In this document: positions 18,816-29,434 of the stretch, in pieces
How the letters are laid out: each line of letters opens with the position of its first letter
How positions within the stretch are numbered: the first letter of the stretch is position 1
Translations under genes and position numbers: made by a program
DNA from: Candidatus Bathyarchaeota archaeon
GTDB lineage: Archaea; Thermoproteota; Bathyarchaeia; Bathyarchaeales; Bathycorpusculaceae
NCBI GenBank assembly: GCA_963739305.1
Contig: CAVTZU010000024.1
Span: 10,245-74,244, forward strand
Reading direction: 5' to 3'
Length of the DNA: 64,000 bases
The notes under the pieces: model-generated
Databases searched by the model: none
Told to the model about the DNA's origin: nothing
What the model saw: the letters and a program-made list of their open reading frames with translations, nothing else

Positions 18816-20236
18816 TCATATGTGCGGGTGCGCTATCACTGTATACGCAGGACGTGGCCGACGTCTGCGTATCCTGTCCAGAGCAAAGATGAGGAATAAC
18901 AAGATTACACCTGCTATTCCAGCGATAAGGACTATCGCAAAGAAAAACAGCCACTCGCTTGGCAGTGAGGGCGACCTGGACAATATCGTCACTGTTCCGT
19001 CCACGAAGGTGTTGTCTGATGGGTTCACATCGCTGGGAAGCGGAGCCGAGGCGGTTATCCTGTATGAACCTGGGTTGACAGAGTCCGTTATCCATACGAA
19101 AGAAACCGTTTCGTTTGCAGACGGCGCGAGCCCAGTAACCTGTTGAGTCCCAACAAGAGCCTCATCATAAAAGACGCTCACGTTGAAAGTCTCAGCATGA
19201 CTGCCTTTGTTCAGCAAATCCACATCAATGCCAACCGTGTCTCCCGCAAATACCGAAGTCCTCGATAACGTTACGCCAGTTATTGCGATGTCTGTTTCGC
19301 CGATGGTGAAACTGTGAAAACGGCGGGACTATAAAGTCTGCCTCCCATTTCAGGAGGTGCAGTGAACGGAGCAGCCGAGACATTGGCCAAGCCAACGTCC
19401 GCAGAAATCGGTATCTGAGATGAAGTTTGCACGCTGCTCTTTCCAGGTGGGAAAATCATGTTTTCCATTTCTATGTGGATTATCGGGTTCTTTCCGGAAT
19501 CTTCAACGTCAACCTTGATTGTTGCTGATTTGTTGGTTCGTGCGATGTTCTCTACGGTCATGTTGAACACGACTAAGTCCTGTCTGGCGAATGCCGTTTG
19601 AATTTTCGAGTGGAAGTCAAGAGTTGACAGGTCAATTATTCTGATGATCCAACCAACTTGAAAAGTCAGTGTATCAACCACTACTTTTCCTGCGATGTCG
19701 ACGGTTGCGATGGCGGACCATTTGCCGAAGATGATTTCTTCAGCATTCACGTTGGGCCATGGAATCCTGAATGAAAAGGTCCCAACTCCGCTATCGTTAG
19801 TAGTTGCTGATCCCACGATCGACACGTTTTCAAATGCGTTAGGTGGACCATTCACTTCAAAAGCAACTGGCATATTTCGCTCAGGTCCTCCGTTGTATGT
19901 TGCAAGCGCGGACAGATTGACTAAGTCTTGAGGCTCATAGGTGTCGCTCGATTGGTTTGCTCCTATTCCGTTGAATGGCGCCTGGTCCGTGAAAAGATCT
20001 ATGACAGCTCCTGTCTGAGCGTTTACAAAGTGATGGTCAAAATAGGGAAGTGAAGAAAGCAAGAGGAAGGCGACCAATATCAAAGCTAAGGTAACTGCAC
20101 GATTTGACTTCTCCTTCTCCTTTCTCTCCAACGTTTTCGCTTCTCCTTTGTCAAAGAACAGCCCGTTAAGGCCGATCCCCTCGGCAGATCCAAACTCTAT
20201 CGCATGTGGTCTAGTAGGAACCTTTCGTATTCCCAT
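18816..20236 (-). CDS. Cell-surface Ig-like/CARDB-domain protein with C-terminal TM anchor, frameshift near 19310
   Basis: Signal-like helix, beta-rich domains; shifted frame FTIGETDIAITGVTLSRTSVFAGDTVGIDVDLLNKG is a CARDB start joining ORF 18816..19223; TM then RRRRPR. Confidence 0.75.
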
Positions 20237-20271
20237 TGAAGAGGTGACTCTGCGACCTATTTAGACGATTA

Positions 20272-20286
20272 TAGAAGATTCCTCTA
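20272..20286. promoter_or_regulatory. 15-bp palindromic site (copy 2)
   Basis: TAGAAGATTCCTCTA upstream of the CARDB gene. Confidence 0.4.
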
Positions 20287-20444
20287 GGATGCCAGTATCG
20301 ATTCATTGTGGTCATTCAGTTCTAGGTAAAGTGGATAAAAAACATGCACTTCATCCGCGGAATATATCAAGAAAGACAATACCGTGCAAAAACCTGACTT
20401 GACAACTATGTTGTTGTTCTTCGCGGCCCCTTACAAGTTCAATG

Positions 20445-21704
20445 CTAACCCGATTCATTGAAATGTAACGCCAAGAGAACGGCGTCATAAATGTCCACAG
20501 CGCTGTCTCCGTTGATGTCTGCGCTAGGGTTCCAGTACTGATCGCCTGGTTTAGTATTATACGCTCTAGCTAAAAGGATGGCGTCATAAATGTCGACGGA
20601 ACCATCATGGTTCACATCTCCAATTAGCGGCAGATAAAACGTCGTGTTACTCGTTGCAAGCATATTGTAGTAACTGCACGCACTAACGGTGTAGTGTCCA
20701 TGGCGTATGTTTCCCGACGGAAACCTGAAGGAGAAATTGTAGGTTCCATCACCCGCCAACAACAAGACAGAATCAGTAGCCTGAGCTGGTGAGACTACTG
20801 GGGACGCGGTTATCGTCAACGTGACTGACCGTTCCGGACAGTACGGGTACCCGCCGTCTCTAGGAAAGCCAGAAAGCAGGTTCCCATAGATGACGAAAGT
20901 CCCAATTATTCCACTATCGGTGATCGACATTGCTTTGAAAAATGTGGAGCTGACCATGTTCGAGCCTAAGGTGCCGGACGTGAACCCGAAGCCGAGAGGG
21001 GCAGACGTAGAATCATTGAAAACCGAGACTTCCGTCACGTTGTGTGCGTTAATAGGGTCAAAGTTCTCCCATTCTGCGAATATCCAGACATCCTCGCCTT
21101 TCGCGAAGCTGTACTTAGGCACTTGGTTCGGGTCGCAAGAATAGAATCTCGTGAAGTTGACAACCCAGTTCTGTCCACTGATCAAGCCTGTTGGCCTGGT
21201 TCTGAGGTCAAAAAGTGAACCTCCAGGGTCTCTAACCTCGACAGCTACCAGTCCATCAGTTACCGGTACGTTGTTCGGAACCCAACTCAGGCTTCCAGTA
21301 ACATTGACTGTATCCGAAACGCCGTATGTCGCCTTATCTGTCGCAACCGTGACACTTAGCGTGTTTGTTTGGACGAAGTGAGCAGTAACTGCCTTGTTCC
21401 CGTTCATGACGACGAAAGCGGGGTTGCTAGAACCATTCAAGTCCCCACTCCAACCTAGGAAACTCCAGCCTGGCACAAGAGTGACCAACAACTGGACGAC
21501 ATCATTGGCGTTGTAAGGTCCCGTGGCGTTCGGAGTGACGTAACCCTTACCAGCAATCGTTATTGTAAGAGTATAAGTTACCAGCAATATCTTTTGAGAA
21601 TCAACAGTGTTGAGTGTTGAGGCATTTGCCAACGGAGGTTCCGCAAAGAGAATAGAAACCACGATGAGAAGCACCATGGGCAACAATATCTTTCGAATCA
21701 TCAA
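20445..21704 (-). CDS. Secreted protein with InlB B-repeat-like domain and C-terminal type I dockerin
   Basis: Signal peptide; GWSFLGWSGDL...MNGNKAVTAHF; duplicated GDVNHDGSVDIYD / ADINGDSAVDIYD Ca-binding loops. Confidence 0.85.
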   Translation of the reverse strand: MMIRKILLPMVLLIVVSILFAEPPLANASTLNTVDSQKILLVTYTLTITIAGKGYVTPNATGPYNANDVVQLLVTLVPGWSFLGWSGDLNGSSNPAFVVMNGNKAVTAHFVQTNTLSVTVATDKATYGVSDTVNVTGSLSWVPNNVPVTDGLVAVEVRDPGGSLFDLRTRPTGLISGQNWVVNFTRFYSCDPNQVPKYSFAKGEDVWIFAEWENFDPINAHNVTEVSVFNDSTSAPLGFGFTSGTLGSNMVSSTFFKAMSITDSGIIGTFVIYGNLLSGFPRDGGYPYCPERSVTLTITASPVVSPAQATDSVLLLAGDGTYNFSFRFPSGNIRHGHYTVSACSYYNMLATSNTTFYLPLIGDVNHDGSVDIYDAILLARAYNTKPGDQYWNPSADINGDSAVDIYDAVLLALHFNESG

Positions 21705-21755
21705 AATTCTCCTTGGGACAAAGTACTAAGAGATATGAAAAGGATAAATGCCTTC

Positions 21756-21770
21756 TGGAATATTCTTCTA
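21756..21770. promoter_or_regulatory. 15-bp palindromic site (copy 3)
   Basis: TGGAATATTCTTCTA; on minus strand 7 nt upstream of TTTATCC TATA-like box of the dockerin gene. Confidence 0.45.
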
Positions 21771-21950
21771 GAACCTTTCATAAACATAATTGATCTGCTC
21801 GTTATCGATTATCCAACACCTCAATAACGAAAGCTATAAATGTTCCGAAATAAGGCCTTCAACGAATAGCATCACATGGTTTTGCAGTCTTCAATGGATT
21901 AATAGAGTCTGATTTAGATCGGTCGGAGAGGAAAGTCAAGTTGTTCTTAT

Positions 21951-22223
21951 ATGGAATGGCGATACGCAAGACATAAATCAAACACCAAACTCTTCCAGAG
22001 TTGTGATACGGGCTTGAGCTTGGATGAAATTGAAGCATTCGCCAGCTACTTGAAGACTTGCCCAAAATGCGATTCGAATGAGGGGTTCTGGCTTGTGGCG
22101 AACCTTGAAAAGAGTTATGTTCAATGCAAGCATTGCGGTGCCATTCTTGAATTTTGTGAATTTCTGTCGTCTCGAGACAAAGGGAAAGCTTCTAAAAGCA
22201 CCTTCAGAAAATTGAAATTCTAA
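21951..22223 (+). CDS. Small zinc-finger protein
   Basis: CPKC...CKHC. Confidence 0.6.
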   Translation: MEWRYARHKSNTKLFQSCDTGLSLDEIEAFASYLKTCPKCDSNEGFWLVANLEKSYVQCKHCGAILEFCEFLSSRDKGKASKSTFRKLKF

Positions 22224-22247
22224 CCTTCCAGGCACCAAGAACAGATA

Positions 22248-23239
22248 CTATGCGGTTTCTGTTCTATAGCAAGCGACCAGATGGTCAGGTTTGACACGAA
22301 TGAGTTCTGGTTCCTCCCTCTTGCATTTTTCATCGGCGTATGGACATCTTGGGTTGAATCGGCAGCCCTTTGGTACGTCTATAGCTGAAGGCACTTCACC
22401 TTTGAGTTCAATATTTCTGCGTTTCCTTTCAGGGTTTGGCACAGGAATTGACGACATCAGTGCCTGCGATGTACCCATGAATCGGATTTGAGAAGATTTC
22501 TTTCTTGTCTCCGACTTCGAAGATCTTTCCGAGGTACATTATTGCTATTGTGTCTGAAATGTACTTGGCGATTGCTAGATCATGGGTGATGAAGAGATAA
22601 GTGAGATCAAGTTCCTTTCTTAGTTCAAGCATGAGGTCTATTATCGTTGTTCTCAATGAGACGTCGATCATGGAGACGGGTTCATCTGCGACGATGAATT
22701 CAGGGTCGAGAATCAGTGACCTTGCCATCGCAACTCGTTGTCGTTGTCCCCCGCTCAATTGATGCGGGTACAAATTGATGAATTGTTCAGGAGGTGTTAG
22801 ACCGACCCTCTGAAGGATTTCTACGACTTTTTGCCTCCCCGCTACACCCTTTGCTAAATCATGGATTTTCAACGGATGTTCAACGGCTCGACCAACTTTC
22901 ATTCTTGGATTGAGAGAAGCGTATGGGTCTTGAAAGATGATCTGAAGCTTTCGTCTGCAAATTCTGAACTCCTCTTTCTTCATTTTGTGTGATGTTCTGT
23001 TGGTTGAAGAACGCTCTGCCTGTCGTCGGTTAGAAGGAGTCTCACAACCAACCTGCCCAGTCATTGATTTTCCGCATCCACTTTCACCGACGAGTGTGAA
23101 GACTTCGCGCCCTTTTTGATCGAGAAAGCTTTCGTCGTCCACTGCCTTCACGAACCATTACCTGGTCAGCGGCCTCAAGGAAGCTCTTTTCCACGGGGAA
23201 ATATTTCTTCAGATGTTCAGCACGGAGGCGTTTGGCCAT
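22248..23239 (-). pseudogene. dppF: Oligopeptide/dipeptide ABC ATP-binding protein (OppF/DppF), multiple frameshifts
   Basis: ATG 23239 MAKRLRAEHLKKYFP; GESGCGKS, FQDPYASLNP, LSGGQRQR, ADEP, GCRFNPRCP spread across frames. Confidence 0.8.
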
Positions 23240-24242
23240 TACTCATTTTCTTTCTTCCTTGCAAGGTTTAACGTGTTCCCAATGGTTTTCTATTAGTTTT
23301 TGAGAAAGCGGTCGTTGCTAGCTTGAGAACGGCATGTGTGGCATGGCAAAGGAACATCGAGGCCAGGAGTGGGCATCCGCTCGGCGGGTTGACAAGTAGC
23401 CCAAGGCGAGGCCTGAGGATGGCTTAAGCTTGTGGTCGGCGAGTTCGATGTACGAAATCGGTTCGGGGAGTCCCCTGCGAGTACGGATGTTGAGTGCTTG
23501 AATACAAGTCGAGCACTGGAGGTCTTCAAGCTATTCTTCCAGCATACATTACGATGATCGTGCTCAGGCCTTCGAGTACGATGCTCAGGTCATGTGTTAT
23601 GAATATGAGTGCATTCCATACCTATTCTTCAAAGGCACAAGAAGGTGAAAGATTTTGGCCTGCACCACCACGTCCAAAGCTGTCGTCGGTTCATCCGCCA
23701 TGCGAGGCTCGGGTTGGGAGCCAAAGCCAACCCAATCGTTACGCATTCCTCATGCCTCTTCTCAACTGATGTGGATAATCGTTTATTCGTTCGTGCTGGG
23801 TCCCGACAGTCTGAACAGTTGTTTTGCTGGCCAAAGCCTTATTCTTTGTATCTTTAGGTTAGTGAGTTTGAATGACCTCAATAAAATGATAAATGATTTT
23901 CTTGACGGGGTTGAGCGATGTCATTGGATCCTGAAAAATGTAGGAGATCTTCCTGCCCCTCATGTCTCGTATTTGTTCGATCTTGAGTTTCAGTATGCTT
24001 TGTGCCTCGAGAGTTATTTCACCTTTCGTTATTCTGCCTGGGTACGGCACCAGCCGTATCAAGGACAGTGCTAGAGTGGACTTTCCTGAACCAGATTCTC
24101 CGACCACCCCTAGAGTTTCTCCTCTGTCTAGTTCAAAGGACGCGTTTTCAACTGCTCGTATTTTTCCTCTTCTCGCCCAGTATTCCACCGACAGGTTCTT
24201 CACTGTCAGTAAATGGGAGACTTTCGCATTCACAACAGTCAT
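23239..24242 (-). pseudogene. dppD: Oligopeptide/dipeptide ABC ATP-binding protein (OppD/DppD), 3' half heavily disrupted
   Basis: GESGSGKST, FQDPMTSLNP intact; later YPHQL, DEPTTALDVVVQ, ITHDL, MYAG, PPSGC remnants in shifting frames with stops. Confidence 0.8.
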
Positions 24243-25126
24243 TGCTCAAGCCTCGGGTTCAGAAGTTCACTCAGTCCCTCGCCCATGAGCGTGAACCCCA
24301 ATGCCAGGAGTATGATCATGATTCCAGGAAATGTGATGACCCACCACGCCCCACTTGTTAGAAGTCTTCGTCCGCTGGTCAAGTCATAACCCCAATCTGG
24401 AATTGAGACTGGTACTCCTAACCCTATGAATGTTAATCCTGCTGCAGTGAGTATAGCGTCTGCGAAGTTCACTGTTGCTACGACAACTATTGAGGGCAAA
24501 ATGTTTGGTAGGATGTATTCAGCGAGAATTATGCGGTTCCTTGCGCCTATCGAGTTTGCGGCTTCCACGTAGGGCATTTCTTTTATGCTTAAGACCTGAC
24601 TGCGGATGACTCTGAAGTATGAAGGTATATAGACGACTGCTATTGAAAGAGCCATGTTCAGAACTCCTCGGCCGAGCATGGCCGAAATCGCGATTGCCAA
24701 GACGAGTCCTGGAAAGGCGTAAATGCTGTCTATTATTAACCCAACGAATCTGTCGACGACACCTCCAGCATAGGAAGAGAAGAGTCCGAGTGGTACGCCT
24801 ATCGCCAAGCATACTACAACTGAAAAGAACGCTACCTGGAGCATTATCCCACCGCCGGACAGAACTCTGCTGAAAATATCTTGCCCAAGGTCATTGGTTC
24901 CAAACAGGTGTTGCATGCTTGGAGCGACTAGAATTTCTGGACTGCTCGGAATCGCCACGGGATCGTACGGTCGAATCCACGGTGAAATCGCAGTCATTAC
25001 AATTATTCCGATTACGAATATCGCTCCTAAAATGATGAGCCAACCTGCTAGACCTCTTTTAGTCAGCGATTTGAGTGCGTTTATCAAGCGCGAGAAAATG
25101 CTTCTCTTGGTTTCAGCGCTGCTCAT
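24239..25126 (-). CDS. dppC: Peptide ABC transporter permease
   Basis: HLFGTNDLGQDIFSR, EAA loop YVEAANSIGA, WWVITFPG. Confidence 0.92.
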   Translation of the reverse strand: MSSAETKRSIFSRLINALKSLTKRGLAGWLIILGAIFVIGIIVMTAISPWIRPYDPVAIPSSPEILVAPSMQHLFGTNDLGQDIFSRVLSGGGIMLQVAFFSVVVCLAIGVPLGLFSSYAGGVVDRFVGLIIDSIYAFPGLVLAIAISAMLGRGVLNMALSIAVVYIPSYFRVIRSQVLSIKEMPYVEAANSIGARNRIILAEYILPNILPSIVVVATVNFADAILTAAGLTFIGLGVPVSIPDWGYDLTSGRRLLTSGAWWVITFPGIMIILLALGFTLMGEGLSELLNPRLEQ

Positions 25127-25135
25127 TATGTCATC

Positions 25136-26170
25136 TCATAGACGAATTCTTGGATCCAAGTAAGCGTACAGCAGATCCACTGCCAAGCTCACTATCGACA
25201 CGAAGATTCCAAATACTATCACTGCGCCTTGAATGGCCGTGTAGTCTCGGAAGTTTATTCTCTCGACAATATACCTGCCTAGTCCAGGCCAGGAGAACGT
25301 TGTTTCTGTCAGTACGGCACCGCCTAGAAGAGCGGCGAATTGTAGCCCCATCATCGTAAGCACCGGAAGAAAGGCGTTTCTGAGTGCGTAGCCGTAGGTC
25401 ACTTGGTTCTCTTTAAGTCCTCTGGCTCTTGCCGCGGTCACGAAGTCAAGTCTGAGAGTCTCAAACATGTTGCTTCTCGTCAACCTTATGAAGACTCCCG
25501 AAAGCACTAAGCCAAGCGTGAGTGAGGGAAGAAATAGATAGCGCAACGACTCAATGAACTTATACACGTTTCCTTCGAGCAGACTATCAACCGTGTAAAG
25601 CCCAGTCGAAAAATGAATGCTCCCGATATTGAGGCCTTGCGGAGGTTGTATTAACGGGCTAAATCGTTGACCAACAGGCAACAAATGCAACCCTATGCCT
25701 AGAGTCATTTGAAAAATCATGCCAAGAAAGAATACGGGGATGGCATAGGTTACGATCCCGAAGATTCTTATTGCGTGATCTTCCGGTCTGTTGTAGGCTT
25801 TGGACGCTTGTACTCCGAGAACTATTCCTAGACCGGCCGCAATTATCATAGAATAGATTGCCAGTTCCAGCGTTGCTGGAAAAGCGGAGAAGATCACCTG
25901 TCCAATCGAAGAATAGTCCTGCATGGACTTACCAAGATCTCCCCTGAAGAGCCCAAACAGGTAGTCGAAGTATTGCTCCCAAAGTGGTTTGTCGAGTCCC
26001 AGTTGGTGACGCATTTCTGCGATAGCTGCTGGACTGGCGTTTTTCTCGAAATGAAGGAGAACAGGGTCACCTGGAAGTACCCTAATCAAAAGGAAAACCA
26101 TCGTCAGAAGGATCAGTATCATTGGAATCGTGAGTATTATCCGCGAAATGACGTAGGTGCGCAGGGTCAA
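25136..26170 (-). CDS. dppB: Peptide ABC transporter permease
   Basis: LPGDP, LGLDKPL, FVTAARARGL, ETTFSWPGLG, DPRIR. Confidence 0.93.
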   Translation of the reverse strand: MTLRTYVISRIILTIPMILILLTMVFLLIRVLPGDPVLLHFEKNASPAAIAEMRHQLGLDKPLWEQYFDYLFGLFRGDLGKSMQDYSSIGQVIFSAFPATLELAIYSMIIAAGLGIVLGVQASKAYNRPEDHAIRIFGIVTYAIPVFFLGMIFQMTLGIGLHLLPVGQRFSPLIQPPQGLNIGSIHFSTGLYTVDSLLEGNVYKFIESLRYLFLPSLTLGLVLSGVFIRLTRSNMFETLRLDFVTAARARGLKENQVTYGYALRNAFLPVLTMMGLQFAALLGGAVLTETTFSWPGLGRYIVERINFRDYTAIQGAVIVFGIFVSIVSLAVDLLYAYLDPRIRL

Positions 26171-26195
26171 TTAGCGTCCCTCTCGTTCCTAGGAA

Positions 26196-26222
26196 TTATA
26201 AAAAAGGAGAAGATAAGGTTGC
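26196..26222 (-). terminator. U-rich terminator-like tract after dppA
   Basis: Minus strand CCTTATCTTCTCCTTTTTTAT right after the stop. Confidence 0.4.
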
Positions 26223-27890
26223 TTATTGATGTGCGTAGACGAGCCAATTGCGCCAGTTCTGTGTAATGTCTAAATAGACACCGGTCACATTCAGTGAGGT
26301 GACAGCGATTGCTGATCCTTGGTACAGCGGAATCATAGGTGAGTCGGTTACCATTAGGCTCTGAATCTGTCCATACAGGCTGTTTCTGACCGTGTCGCTT
26401 GTGTTGCCTCTGGCCCAGTCTACAAGCTGGTCCATTTGAGGGTCCGCATAGTTCAAGTGGATCCACAAATTGCCCGAACTGCCCGAATGCAGGAATGGGA
26501 AGATGTAGTCGTCTGCGTCTATGTAGTCAGGGTACCATCCCATGATGTATGCAGGCATCGATTGGCTTTTTCGAGCACTTCCGAATCCTGCCCAATCCAG
26601 GCTCTGAAGGTTGACTGTTATGACGCCGCTTTGTTCGATGGATGATTTGAGGACTTGCGCTAGTTGAGGGCTTTGCGGATAGTGACCTGACGATTCGTAA
26701 TACAAATCGAATGTGAGCTTGTGGGCCGCGTTGTATCCAAACGGTGCCAGCAATTCCTGTGTTCGAGTGTAGTTGGGGTCGCCGAGACTCTGAAAAGCAT
26801 CGGTGTGTCCAGCCATTCCGATCGGTATGAGGCTGTACAGGTTCTGACCCTGTCCTTGAAAAGCTGTGTTTACGACTGCTGTTCTGTTTATGGCAGCCCC
26901 TACAGCTTGTCTAATGTTGGTTTCATTGAATGGTGCGTACTTTTCTTGGAAGACGAGATATGATATGAATGCGCCTGTTCCTGTCCAGACCTTGAGGTTT
27001 GCGTTATTATTCATCGCGTTTATGTCTGTCACGTCCAGTTGTCGGAAAGCTACGTCAACTTCTCCGTTTTCCATAGCAAGCGCGAGTGCTGTTGAGTCTG
27101 AGTAGAATGTTATTATGATATTCTTGGTTTTTGGAATGCCTGCACCTGCATTCCAGTAGTTGGGGTTTGCAACGAGCTCCATCTGCGAATCTTTGCCAGC
27201 TTTCCGCGTCCAATTGCCTAATGTGTATGGGCCTAAGCCCATGGGGTTGCTAGCCCTTGGATTTCCTTCAGTGTATAGGGTCTCATCTGTCACGTTCCAC
27301 GAGCTTCCGTGCATTGGCGCATTCTTCGGGTCCATCATGACACATTCCTGGCCAGCTATGAGCGATAGGAAAGGCGAGAAGGGAATTTTGAGGTAGAATC
27401 TGACAGTGTAAGTGTCGACCACTGTGACGTTTTGGATTATGTCGCTAAAGCCTATGCCCACGAACGGGCCGTCGGGATCTGCTATGCCCATGTTACGGTC
27501 AAAAGTGTACTTGACGTGTGTTGCGTTGAACACAGTTCCGTCGTCGTATTTGACGCCTTGTCTCAAGATAAAGGTCCATTGCAGGCCATCAGATGAAGTG
27601 CTCCAGCTTGTTGCCAAGTCAGCGATTATGTCGCTGGAGCCTGTGGCTCCTGGTCGGTAGTCGACGAGCCCTGAGCCGAGTGATCTGATTATTTCCCATG
27701 AGAAGTAGTCGTATCCGTTTGCGGGGTCTATAGTGGTTTCGACCGAGTCTGTTGTGCCCATCACCAAAGTGTCCTTTGTCGCGAGGGTTGGTGGCAAGGT
27801 GAAGTAGTAGCCGACGACTCCTGCGATGATAATTATGACGATTATTATGCCGACGATGACCATTCTGCCAATTGCTTTGTTGCTTTTCAT
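26223..27890 (-). CDS. dppA: Peptide ABC transporter substrate-binding protein (family 5)
   Basis: N-terminal TM, DLATSWSTSSDGLQWTFILRQGVKY.DG, GLGPY, GWYPDY; ATG 27890 after GGTGA. Confidence 0.92.
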   Translation of the reverse strand: MKSNKAIGRMVIVGIIIVIIIIAGVVGYYFTLPPTLATKDTLVMGTTDSVETTIDPANGYDYFSWEIIRSLGSGLVDYRPGATGSSDIIADLATSWSTSSDGLQWTFILRQGVKYDDGTVFNATHVKYTFDRNMGIADPDGPFVGIGFSDIIQNVTVVDTYTVRFYLKIPFSPFLSLIAGQECVMMDPKNAPMHGSSWNVTDETLYTEGNPRASNPMGLGPYTLGNWTRKAGKDSQMELVANPNYWNAGAGIPKTKNIIITFYSDSTALALAMENGEVDVAFRQLDVTDINAMNNNANLKVWTGTGAFISYLVFQEKYAPFNETNIRQAVGAAINRTAVVNTAFQGQGQNLYSLIPIGMAGHTDAFQSLGDPNYTRTQELLAPFGYNAAHKLTFDLYYESSGHYPQSPQLAQVLKSSIEQSGVITVNLQSLDWAGFGSARKSQSMPAYIMGWYPDYIDADDYIFPFLHSGSSGNLWIHLNYADPQMDQLVDWARGNTSDTVRNSLYGQIQSLMVTDSPMIPLYQGSAIAVTSLNVTGVYLDITQNWRNWLVYAHQ

Positions 27891-28100
27891 TCCTTTCACC
27901 GTGATAGTATGCATGTGTGCGTTATCAATATAAGATTTTAGTTTCTGAGTGTGACTAATCGACAATGTGTTCTGTGTTATGCAAACTAACGTTCAGCAAC
28001 GTTCGTGCTCAATGATAGAGGTGGATCTCGTTTTCATCAACTTTGACGCCACCGTTCGACATCTTGTTTAATCGCCGATTCATGGCGCGATTTCAGCTTG

Positions 28101-28587
28101 TCAGATGTTTGCTTCTTTGGATTTCTTCCCGCTCATGTACTGAAGGTTGATCCTTCCTATCGTCGTGTTTTTGAGACGATCCTCGTTGAGGTCAGTTAGA
28201 AGTTTTTCAGGATTCTTGTCGATCTGGTTAATCATACATTCCATAGCCTTGGCGCTTTTCATTGAGGTCTTCTATGAAATCGATTTTCCCTGAAAAGTGA
28301 ACCGTTGCGTACAAGTGAGTGCACTGTCCTTCGTAATATCCAAAATCCACGAGTGCCTGCCCCCAGACATTGTTGTTTGCTCTAAGGTAGTGAAGTTTCT
28401 TTCCCTCTTTTGCGCAGTGAAAATACAGACAATTTTGTTTCTCATCGTACCCATGGCTGAGGGATACGAGATAAGGCAGATTGTCCATCGAAAGCGCAAT
28501 AGTTACGTATTTGGCAGTTGCAAGTATCTTTTTCAAGAGTCGTTGATCAGTTATTTCCTTGTCTTTGCGCCTCATATGAAATGACAT
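28101..28587 (-). CDS. Pyridoxamine 5'-phosphate oxidase-like (NimA-type) flavin-binding protein, frameshift near 28250
   Basis: MRRKDKEITD, PYLVSLSHGY, LYFHCAKEGKK; C-terminus AMECMINQ...MSGKKS in shifted frame. Confidence 0.8.
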
Positions 28588-28764
28588 GCAGGAACATGCG
28601 TCTTTGATCACCTATTAATTTTTTGGACTGGGTTCTCCGCCAAAGATCCGTCCTTTTGAACATTCTAGGTCACTGCAGATCCGAAAAATCAAAACAAGCA
28701 ACGTTTCGTCTACCTTTAGTCTTAAATAGCACCTCCCACAAAACAGGGCACGAGGCAAAAAAGC

Positions 28765-28986
28765 ATGAACATGGGGATAACTGCGACCGGCGTAGTGCTT
28801 ATCATCATAGCTTTGATACTTGGCGCAGTGCAGCATTTTGGCATGTACAACATCTACGGAGACGAAAGCAACAAGTGGTACTTCTACGGAATCATCGGAG
28901 TAATCGGACTCATTGGCATAATACTTGCAGCATGGGGAGCCATGAAAAAAGAAAAACCACCAACGACAACGCCGCCCAAGCAATGA
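28765..28986 (+). CDS. Small two-TM membrane protein
   Basis: Two hydrophobic helices, basic/Pro-rich tail; TATA-like CTTAAATA upstream. Confidence 0.65.
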   Translation: MNMGITATGVVLIIIALILGAVQHFGMYNIYGDESNKWYFYGIIGVIGLIGIILAAWGAMKKEKPPTTTPPKQ

Positions 28987-29115
28987 CAGCACAGCTTATT
29001 CTGGGATCTTTTCCATCAAGTCCCATTTTTTTGTTCAAACATCTTTGGAAAGAAGCAAATCCTTTGTGCGGGTTCCTAACGTCTTGGAAGACACTTCGAA
29101 AAACCAGCGACTAAA

Positions 29116-29209
29116 TGGCGGGCCCGCCGGGAATTGAACCCGGGACCCCCGGATATCTCCGCGAATTGCCTAAAAGTCCGGTGCTCTATCCTTACTGAGC
29201 TACGGGCCC
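29116..29209 (-). tRNA. tRNA-Lys(TTT) with 16-nt canonical 37/38 intron (29155..29170); CCA encoded
   Basis: GGGCCCG/CGGGCCC-G-CCA, anticodon arm CCGGA-CTTTTA|A-TCCGG, central helix CTTT/GGAG. Confidence 0.93.
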
Positions 29210-29434
29210 CTTCATACCTTGATTGTTCGTTTCTAGAAAGGCTGTGAAGGTGTTTTTTAGTGTTTCGATTGGTCCCTGAATGCGGCGTTACTAGAGTCAC
29301 TTCGTACAAGCCAATTTCGGGTTTCAAAGCTCGATTTTTCGACCCTGACTGAAAAGGAGCGTTTCTAATCAGCCAGCGATATATCTGCATGTTAGCAAAG
29401 GTTATTTGCCACTAAGAGGGAAGAAGCATTCACG

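Noticed and set aside
29076-29390. 104-aa ORF
   Set aside because: Runs through tRNA-Lys; no protein features
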